Below are positions 21,482-31,090 of a DNA stretch of 64,000 bases, piece after piece. The stretch comes from Rhodosorus marinus CCMP1338 (lineage: Eukaryota > Plantae > Rhodophyta): NCBI GenBank assembly GCA_029953675.1, contig JAMWBK010000002.1, forward strand, positions 186,001 through 250,000. Reading direction: 5' to 3'. The position numbers were made by a program, and so were the translations under genes. Under the pieces are notes generated by a model. The model was not told where the DNA came from and searched no databases. It was given only the letters and a program-made list of their open reading frames with translations. The stretch's first letter is position 1, and each line of letters starts with the position of its first letter.

Positions 21482-23889
21482 GGTTTTATCCTTAGGTACC
21501 GACCACACCCGCCTTCTCTCACAATAAGTTGTCAAAGTTTAACAACTCTAGACCTCCACGTTGACCAGGCCATCTCAGAGGTCTCCTCGTCAATGCCCTA
21601 CACACGAGGCAACTGGGAGTTGAAGTCAACCTCAGGCTAGCTTTTGATTCAGCCGTTTTCTTAAATCAATGGGTTTATGTCCAAGGCGCTCCCACGGCGG
21701 ACAAGCAAAACCACAAGTCGATTTTAAAAACCGGTTTGCTCCTAGACTATCTAAAGAGAAATTTCCTAGCCGCATAATTCAGACAGCCGCAATTAACAAG
21801 CTTAGTATGCTCGAAAATGAAATGATGAGCTTTCCTCAAAAGCGTGAAAATAGTTGACGAGACTGGAAAAACATGAACGCGCATCAAGAATAGCCAGAAA
21901 TCCCTCAGCGTTGACCCAGAAGTAGTAGAAGCATCAGCAAGCGCATCATTTTGCTGAGTACGATTCACAAGCTTTATGAAGAGCGTCCGATCCCCCCCCC
22001 GCACTCAGCGAGCATCGCTAACAACTCATACAAGAATTCATCGCCTAAACTGGTGATATGAAATTTGTCCTTCAGTCAGAAGGGGGGAGGGATGGGTTTT
22101 GTGGGTTGATCGCAAAACGGGGGTGATGTCAATAGTTTCCCGCGTTAGCAGCCATATAACGTTTTCCACCGGGTCGTGCATTTTGATGATACACTGGGGT
22201 GGATCAATATCTGGTCATCAATAACCGCTGAAATGGGCGTGTTTGCTTTCCTCAGGGCTGCTTCTGGGGTCGATCACAGATCCTGTATCAAGTGAGCAGA
22301 ACGGGAATCGTACGTTGTTGCTCCACATCGGACCCCGAACGGCGGTAAGGCGCGTCAATGAATTGTTGCGTTAATTCTTGAATGAAAGAAGATCTAGAAC
22401 TTAGCTCACAAAGAGTTGGGGCTTTTACCTAGAGCTGCTGAAGTGTCTCTTAGTCTCGTGCTACGGTCGTTATCTACCGAGTAAATGCAGCCGCCGGGTG
22501 ACCATCCTGGCTAACAAAATGTCAAACAAATTGACCCCGTTATATGCACGTGACTACCGCCACTCATCACCAAGCCGGCCTGAACCCCCACACATGTTTG
22601 TTATCCACAATCTCCATGCTCCGATTTCTCCTTGGGTTTTGCAAAGGGCTGGATACACTGCCAAATGTATGTACTTCCATTAGATTCTTTATTTATAAAT
22701 ACATTCAAGGAATACGGGTTTTTCTCACTACCCCTCTGAATTTTTGATCGCTCTAGTTACAACTACAGCGCTTGCTACCTCTTCCCACCTAAAAACTACT
22801 TACAAACGGATATCCCCCAGAACAGAAGCGGTATTGATTTTAGCGTAAAATGAAAAGTGATAATAGTTTGTGCTCAAAATCAAAGTTTCCCGATTTTCAA
22901 CTCCTACCGTGTCCGGGCCTTAGAATTCACTAGTGGTTAGGAAATCTTAGGAAGTACATTCTTGCTTGGCTTAATCTTTTACCAATTTTGTTTTTTTTAG
23001 AAGGCAGTTCTCTTGGATGGTGCAACTTGGACTACCCTTTGCCAAAGCTCTACGACTTCCAAAGTGACACAAAATACGAGTGAGGGGTCGGAGGATTTTT
23101 TTCAGAGCTCTAGAATAATTCACATTTTGGAGTGGATTTGATCGAAAAAAAATTGAACATATTCACTTTGGGGCTCTTTTCCTTTTTGTTTCCCCCCCAA
23201 AGAAAAGACAGTTGAAAGATGAAGGAATTCTCCATCTTATTGGCTTTATTAGCAAAATCCATCTTATTCACTTCAACTCACCACTTCTTTTCCGGTCCTA
23301 GTTTTAATAATAAAGGGGACCACAAAAAGTGTTGGGATTTCTCCGCAAGTGATGAATAATTTTCAATTGAACAAACGAAGAATTAGTTCAGGTTGGTCGA
23401 ACGGTGAGTTTTTTTAAGAAAAGGACTTGTGGAATTGGAAAAAGGGGGGAACCACCAGCTGTTGGTCGAATAACTCCAGAGTCTTCCAATACCGGGGGAG
23501 CGAGAGGGGGTAAGGGCTGGCAGGTGAGAGTCAAAAAGAGACAAAGAAGCTGGGGGAGAGAGCTTTGCCAGCAGCCCGGTGGATTAGAAGATTTGGGATT
23601 GGCAGGGGCTACTGTTCAGGGGTTTACAGATCTATGAAATTGGAATCGTATAGCTTGGTTCTGTGTAGATTTTCCATCGGCGCTTTGCGCTTCAGCGATG
23701 AAACGACTTCAGCCAGCGTTCTGTAACATGCTCGCAGGAAAAGACAGAATTGCCGGAACATGAGCGTTAACGCGCGATCGGATTGGAATCATCCAGTCTC
23801 TGTGGAAAGTAGCCAAGTGCCTCCGCTCGACACACCAGCCTCCAGAAAAAAAAACAAGGGGTGTTTGTCTGGAACTTGGTGGTGGTGGT

Positions 23890-24260
23890 TTTACTAACAA
23901 GCCTGATGCGCTACGCAAAACGTAAAAGGAAACTAGGGGCTAGGAAGAAGAGCTTTTAAGCCCAGGCGACGGTGGCGCCCCTCGGCGGCATGTTGCTAGA
24001 ATACCGCCAGAGTGCGATAATTAAACCGCGGAGGAGCACCAGATATTCTTCAGGATGTTTGGTAAAGCACTTGCGTAGCCACTCCAAGCTTGACCTTTCC
24101 AGATGCCCAAAAGTTTCCACAATGAAAGGCTGGAACCTGTGAGACCGGCCCTCTTCCCGGGGAAGACTGGCCATGCTCTCAGCGTACCGTCGTTCCTTCA
24201 CGCAGCGAAGTACAGAAGCTGCTGCCCCCCTGCGGAGAGCGGCAGAAGTTCATCAGCCCT
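23890..24260 (-). mobile_element. CRE family A 3' fragment
   Basis: KERRYAESMASLP..HRFQPFIVETFGHL..WLRKCF; the UTR closely resembles 7464-7560. Confidence 0.85.
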
Positions 24261-24615
24261 CCTTTCCCCTGTACAAAAAAAACACGAGATACTTAAACTC
24301 ACCGCAGAGTATGATATGCGCTCCTGAACAGGCGAACCCATCGTTTTCCTGGAGCAAAAGCTGTTCATCCGTTTTCCATCAACGAGCGAAGCGAACGCTC
24401 TACGCGGGACACAGTGACCTGTGGGTGACCCGGCTTCAGAGGTGTGGATCACCATCCAATTCCCACTTACAACACAACAGAGTAGAATCCTATGATTCTG
24501 AGCATTTCCACGGAGGAATCAGGTTCGATATTGACGTCCATCGCTTTATCGATGAACGCCAAAAATTCCCTGGCATTGCGACAAGTCTATCCGCGCAGTC
24601 CTTCTAGTTTATCGA

Positions 24616-25441
24616 GGCGTCACACTCGCTTCAAGTACATTCTCAGCGAATATTTGACTCGAGTAGGGCATGCGGTTGAGGTGGAATCGGAACTACCCAG
24701 ATCGGTCTCGGATAGGGCACCGCCCCGCTGTATCGCAGATCTCCTCGTCTCCGATGCTGCCGCCAGACGCTCAGCATATGTTGACCTCGCGACCACATGC
24801 CCTATGGCAAGCGCCCATCTCAGCGGGCTGCCGCCCGCCGCCGGGGAGCAGCGGCTTCGGCCCTTCGCCACGTGAAGGAACGACGGTATGCTGAGAGTAT
24901 GGCCAGCCTCGCGCTGAGGGTCGCTCCCACCGGTTCCAGCCTTTCAGTGTGGAAAGCTTTGGTCACGTGGAGAAGTCGGGTTTGGAGTGGTTGCGGAAAC
25001 GTGTTACTGAGCATCCTGTTGAATACTTGGAACTTTTGCGGCGTTTAAGTGTCTCTCTGTGGCGATATTCGAGTAGCATGCTTCCCGAGGCGCGCCATCT
25101 GCGCCTGGGTTTGCACGCTTCCCTACCTAGTTCTTAGTTCCTTTTCACGCCTTACGTAGCGCTTTACGCGGGGGCTTTGTCTTCCCCTGGTGTTCGTGCT
25201 TCGGCACTAGCACATCGCTTGGTACCCCTGATCATTGAGTGCTTTGGGTTCATGGACTCTGTTGGTTCTCGCTGGCTTCGGGAGTTGTTCCGCGAACGCC
25301 CTGACCGTCTTCAATCGTTGTTTACCCGCTTAAGTTTCCTGCTGTGGCGCATGAATGCCGCTTTGATGTTGGAGGCGCGAGTACTTCGCGGTTAGGCAAA
25401 CCATTCATTCACGTAGCGCTTCAGGCTATGCTAATAAAGCC
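24616..25441 (+). mobile_element. CRE family A 5'-truncated copy, interrupted by a family B insertion
   Basis: RRHTRFKYILSE..ADLLVSD..YVDLATTCP..KERRYAES..GLHASLPSS*, then UTR. Flanking agtttatcga (24606-24615) and agtatatcga (25442-25451). Confidence 0.88.
25165..25410 (+). mobile_element. CRE family B copy nested in the family A 3' UTR
   Basis: Perfect 11-bp TSD acgtagcgctt at 25154-25164 and 25411-25421; cattcattc tail. Confidence 0.92.
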
Positions 25442-25619
25442 AGTATATCGAAGAAAATTCTGGAGTAATGTTGCACATCACCTGTGAGAAGGGAGGTAGA
25501 AACCTAGTAAGAGAATTAAAGAAAGTCTAGTTTTTCACTTTGCCCTGCGCAAGCTTCAGGCTATGCATCCATCCAGTAACAGAATTTCCGCAGAGGAATC
25601 AGGACCTTGCTGCTCGCAG

Positions 25620-26425
25620 GAGTGAGTATCTTGACTGGTCTATTCTTGTCCCAGGCTGCGCGATATCTTCCCACGTCTGCACACGTCGTGGTGTCGCCGC
25701 TGGTTTAACGCGACGACTGAAGGAGTTTCAGTGCGCTGAGTCGATGACTCATCCCACCCCTCGGGACTCGGCGCTGTTTCACCCGTTTGTACCGCTGATC
25801 ATCGAGTGCTTTGGTTTTTTAGACAGTGTAGCTTCTCGCTGGCTTCGTCGTGTTTCTCCGGCATGCCCCGGCCGTCTTGACAGCCTCCTCACGGAGCTGC
25901 CTCTAACTCTCTGGTGTTTGAATGCTGCTTTGTCGTTGGCATCAACTGTCGTTGGCATCAACTGTCGTTGGCATCAACTGTCGTTGGCATCAACTTTGAT
26001 GTCGATGTCCATTGGTTTTATCGATGAACATCAACATTGATTTCCGTTAGCATGATACCAAGGCTATCCACGCAGTCCTGGCTAACTCTCTTGAGTGAAG
26101 TCAGTAACGCTAACTTGAAAATTTGCCGAGAACATTTCAGAATCTGGCGATTTTGGTGCATCGAGCTTTCCTCCGAATAGTAAGCCGTACGTATCCTCAA
26201 AAAAGCAGTGCCAGGTATATATCCATATCATGCTTGCATCTCGTTGGCTTCGGGAATTGTTCCGTGAACGCCCTGACGGTCTGTACTCGTTGCTCTTTTA
26301 AAGTTTCTTGCTGTGGCGTATGAACGCTGTTTCGATGTTGGAGCCCCGCGATCTTCGCCGCGCACAGTCTTTTTTTTCTCCTCGGGGATTTTTCTTTGAG
26401 TCCCTGATTAAACAAATTCGTTCAC
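25620..26425 (+). mobile_element. Two older, diverged CRE 3' fragments (~25620-25935 and ~26230-26425)
   Basis: FVPLIIECFGFLDSVASRWL..LWCLNAAL; a second B-like end cttcgccgcgcacagtc..aaacaaattcgttc. Confidence 0.7.
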
Positions 26426-27213
26426 TAAGACGAAATAGAGAGAACCGAACTTGTCTAGCTCTATTGTTCATAACTTTGAGCGTCTGATTCGAAGAGATTT
26501 CAATCACCAGCGAGGAGACAATGTCCCTACTGAGCCGTTGTGATTGGCCCGTGGCCGATCTAGAATTGGTCGTTTGCTTTATCTATTTTGAGCCAATACG
26601 CCAAGTATCTAAAGTTTTCGAAGACACAATCGCGCTCTGGAGATAATTAAGAAATATCTAGATATTTAAGAACCTATACCGTCTAAATTGGATCCCAGTA
26701 CATCGAGAGAACATTTTCGAACGAAACCCTTTGCCTAAGGAAAAAGCTTTGAGAGATTTGTTTTGCGATGCTCCCCCCGAGCCTGGTGAGATACTTCTTT
26801 CAAATTTGGACATGTGAAAAAGTATACGAGCATACGCGGAACATTCTGTTTTGAGGGTTGGGAGGCCCCTTAATATCTTTTTTGCTGAGCTGTTCCCTCC
26901 CAATACCACCCCCCCCCCCCCAATCCCCTTTTCGCAAAGAAATACAAAGAAAGTACCTTTTTTAATTTTTTTAAATTGAGATACCTTTGGTTCTGAAGAC
27001 CACCAATCAATTGCTGACCTCGTACCCCTACCCCTTCCGGCGAATTCTCAGACTTTGAACCAAAGGAAGGAGTTCATGGAGGAATGGGATTCATGGTTTT
27101 TCATATTTTTGGAGATAGAAATGTGGAGGTGCGGGGCGAGGGGGGAGGGGGGTTTTGGGAGAAAAGGAATTCAACAATAGTTTTGAATTGGGGTGTTTGA
27201 TACTCAGCACAAA

Positions 27214-27391
27214 GCCGGCCCGTGGGTTAGAAGGGCGGCATTGTCAAGCCGGGGGGGATACTTCGGGTATCTCGGAGTCGCATGTTACTTCCTCCGAAGT
27301 GATCATGCTGTACGTGCGTACGCGCGGCTGATTTTGTCCTGTGATATGGCGGGAGTCTGAAACTGAAACTGAGAGTTCAATCCGGCTTTTT
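27214..27391 (+). other. Candidate structured RNA (class unknown)
   Basis: Several hairpins enclosed by AAGCCGG (27246-27252) / CCGGCTT (27382-27388); GTTCAATCC then T5. No family signature recognised. Confidence 0.25.
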
Positions 27392-28843
27392 AACAGGTGG
27401 TGTAGTTGTTTTTACATAATCCCCTTTTGCACAAAGATGTTACTGTGAGGCAGAATCTAGGCTTGAATTGACCATGACACCGTGGCGCATTCAGTGTCGG
27501 CCGGGAGAACGGTCTCGTGCGGTAGCTGGGAGAGTCGCGAAAAAAAAAAAATTTTGATGGCGAGGGACACTGACAAGGGCTCTCAATAAACTCAACGTCA
27601 ATTAGAGGGCTCCTCGCATGGACCAGCCTGTCCCCAGGCTGCAGATCCATAGCAAAGCGAAGGCCCTACGCTTGGAATAGTTCGATTAAGCGATGGAGGC
27701 AGGAAAGTGCTCGAACTCTTACAAAAGCAGAACGGACCAGTATGTCGAGAACACTCAGCGTCCCTGGAACTAGATAGGGTGTCGCATCAACGGACTTTCA
27801 AGGCAAGAAAGAGGGATTTCTAAGGCATCGGCATCGCTTCAATACCAAAAGCCAAAGCAGCGTTTCGTCAATCAAGATAAACAGATATTTGAAAATACTT
27901 TTTAACAGGCAAGCCATCAGCATCACACACACAGATCAAAAGCCGCCCGAGAATCTTTTCATCCCATGCATGCGACCCTTCTCACCTTTGACCTCAGTCA
28001 GGTGCTCGTTTTCAAAAATACTTTTCCGCTCCTCGAGAGCTGAAATGGCCGGCGCCAACCAACCCTAAGCTCCTAAGCTCCAATACACCTCTTCTCCTGG
28101 AATGCAAACCTCTGTAGTTCAATCCAATACTAACGCTGCAACCAATAGCCTCAATTTCCTCGGTCTCTAGTTCATCCCACGATCACCGTCACCCCTCTCT
28201 CCTCAACCACAATTTTCCAATCCATCGAAACGCGAGTGGGAGGAACCAATTGAATCAGAAAGTTCTGATATCCGGCCTCTATTAAGCATAAAAAAGAACA
28301 TTCTATATTCAAACATGCGGGCAACCCTACCCCTCAAAGAAAACATCCAAAACATAGCACCCCCCTCTTCCCGAAAGTTTAGTTCTACGAGCTCAGATAT
28401 CCAACGCCCCAATAAAAGAAGAAAACGAATCGACTAAAGAAAGAATCTTTAGGACACCACAAAAACAACAGATAAAAAAGAAAAATTCTCCATATTGATT
28501 GGCGATCTGGACCAATAATTTTCGAAATTCCTTTCCAGGATATTGATGTGCAAATTTATTTATACTTCTCATTATAAAATCTACCAATGGGACAACGAGA
28601 GATGAAACGTTTTTGGTATTGTTTTCTCACGTTTTACCAACGAGCGGATCTGCTTATCAAAAGTACTGAAACGCGTCTACTACCCATTTGGGATCACGTG
28701 TGGAGGGGTTACTAAGCAAATTTAGTTGTAATGAACGAGACTTTTTAGGAGTGTCGTTGCAGACCGGGAGGGGAGGCAGGACAGAGATGTGGTGTAGGGA
28801 GGGAATGAACCGCTAGCTGAGTTCCGTTGATTCCAGAAAAAGC

Positions 28844-29858
28844 ATGGCGTTTGTATCGAGTATAACTGGAGTTAGAGTGAGTACGCGTGGATCTACAAGA
28901 AGTGGTAAGGATACAACAGCTTGCCTGCTTCCATCCCTAGTCTTGTTCTTATGCCGTATGTTTGTTGTTGTTTGCAATAGCTTTCAATGGAACTGAAAGA
29001 ACAGCCGCCGCCCCTGCACCTCGTGCAAGGATCGTGATGGGAGTTGGAAACCAGTCCCTAGTTGATTTGGGTCTGGACAAGTTCATGGACAAGCCGAGGG
29101 TGACGGATGACAAGAGCAAGTCTGCGATTGTGAATGAGGTCTACAAGATGGTGTTCGCCAATGCCTACATCATGGACTCTGAGAAGGCTGAGATGAACAA
29201 GGCCGAGTCTATGTTCCTGAACGGGGACCTGACAGTGAAGCAATTCGTCATGGCCCTGGCAATGACTGAACAATATAAGAAGAGGTTCTTCGACAACCGT
29301 CCAGTCTGTGGAGCGGTGGAGATGAACTACAAGCATTTCCTTGGACGCACCCCGGACGGTCTTGCAGACTACCAAACCAAGACCTACAAGTACGACAACA
29401 ACGGATACGCAGCATTTGTCTCGTCGTTCTTCGAAGACGGCGAATACGACCGTGTCTTCGGTGATTGGGGAGTTCCGTACTATAGAGGTTACAAGAGCGA
29501 GGCGAACCTGTCCATGACCTCATTTACCCACTTCTTCCAAGTTCGTCGCCTTTTGCAGATCCTCGCAACTAGCTTCGACAATGGTACCGATGGGTTAGTA
29601 ACTGAATCGTGTATTCTCTTCTCTCCCATAATGCAGGTTGTCCGTGGAGGCTCCACATCAGACAAGGGCATGGTGAACAACTTGATCCCGCTGAACAAGA
29701 ACGGTCTAAAGTCAGTTCCAATTCCTGTCAAGCCTCTGGCTGGAGGGGCGTCGTCCTCAGTCCCAGGAGCTGATATGATAACTACCGTAGTTAGTGGATT
29801 GATTATAATTGCTATAGCGTTCCTGGTCATAGCCAATGGCAGCACGCCAACCTCGTAG
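28844..29858 (+). CDS. Nuclear-encoded phycobilisome linker (PF00427-type, CpcG/CpcL-like) with transit peptide and C-terminal hydrophobic helix; exons 28844-28904, 28981-29540, 29637-29858
   Basis: Spliced N-terminus MAFVSSITGVRVSTRGSTRS-AFNGT..RIVM. Linker core AESMFLNGDLTVKQFV..YKKRF..VEMNYKHFLGR.P..EY..FGDWGVPYYRG..FTHFFQ-VVRG..TSD. GT-AG introns 28905-28980 and 29541-29636 restore the frame and the motif. Confidence 0.92.
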
Positions 29859-29865
29859 CCTGCTA

Positions 29866-30135
29866 TTTAAGAGCTATTTCGTTTTGATCGTGAGAGGCTA
29901 CGGAAACATTTTACCTCAAAAAAGGGTACATCCGAAAACCAAATGCCAAAGCCCCTTCAGCATTCCAGTGAACAGACTAGACCTTATTTTCCACTGATAG
30001 AGCAGACCCTTCGATCAGTCTGCGAAAGCATCCCCAATCCTCACTGTTTAAGAGCTATTTCGTTTTCTTCGTAAAAGGCTACGGAAACGTTTTACCTCAA
30101 AAAAAAATACACCCGAAAACCAAAGCCCGAAAGCA
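29866..30135. repeat. ~85-bp direct duplication downstream of the linker gene
   Basis: tttaagagctatttcgtttt..ggctacggaaac.ttttacctcaaaaaa at 29866 and 30047. Confidence 0.85.
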
Positions 30136-31090
30136 TCCCCAAACCTGACTGTCCACCTCTTTCAGCGAGCTTCGCTTGTCCTCCAGTGCCCGTGCAAATG
30201 GGCCCACTTGTCCATTTTGAGGATCATTCCCGAGTCTTCTTATTGCTGAAAAGGAGCGAAGCAACACCGTACTCGGATGAGTTCAGAGCTACGAATTCGA
30301 ATAGGGGCGTTTGTGCCTTGCTGTATTCCGCAATCCTTGCGAGCCGCGGAGAAGTCCAAACACGAGTTTCTAATTAACGAAAATTGAGCTAAATGTAAGA
30401 TATTTTGGCAGAAAAGTTCATAATTTATTCTCTGCTCAGCATATTAGAATATATATATTTAAAAACATTAGTCGCGAATTATAGCGAGTGGCGTTTGTTT
30501 TAGAAAGCGTTATAAAGGCTGAAAGAGCGATGAAACGCAGCTAAGCACATCGGAACAAGGCGCGGAGATCACGATGATGGTGATGAAGATCATAGTGAAG
30601 GTGGTAATAGGGCACGCCCTATGGGAGTATAGGGCCGGCCCTATCTGCCATATACGTATTGCGGTACTAATTTCAAAGCTCGAATCTGACGTTTTAGCTA
30701 TTGTTTTATCATGCACCCCCCTTGATGAATCGAAGAGCTCTTCGTGTTTAGAGAGCTGAGATGTACTGTGCTTGCTGAAAGCGTTCCTTGATGCAGTCGG
30801 TGGGAACCAGGAGAGTTGGGGTAGAGAGCTTCCCCGGAGAAGTTGGCTGCGGCATCTTTTTCTTGGCGTGCTTATGTTTGGTTTGTGGCTTACCACACCC
30901 GTTAACCACGAGTTGAGACCTTGTTTTTCACCGCTTTCTGATGGTGGGCATCTCCTCTACTCCCACTTTTTGTCTTAGTTTTTCATGCTCTCGGGCTTGT
31001 TGTCTGAAGATACAATGATGAGGTTGATGAGGTTGTATTACTGGACTTTACTAGCATAGCCTGAAGCGCTACGCAAGGCGTGAAGATGAA

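Noticed and set aside
27340-27470. RNase P/MRP RNA (GAGTTCAAT and CAGAATCTAGGCTT resemble CR-IV/CR-V)
   Set aside because: No consistent P4 pairing with a GAAAG-type CR-I and no convincing P1 could be built.
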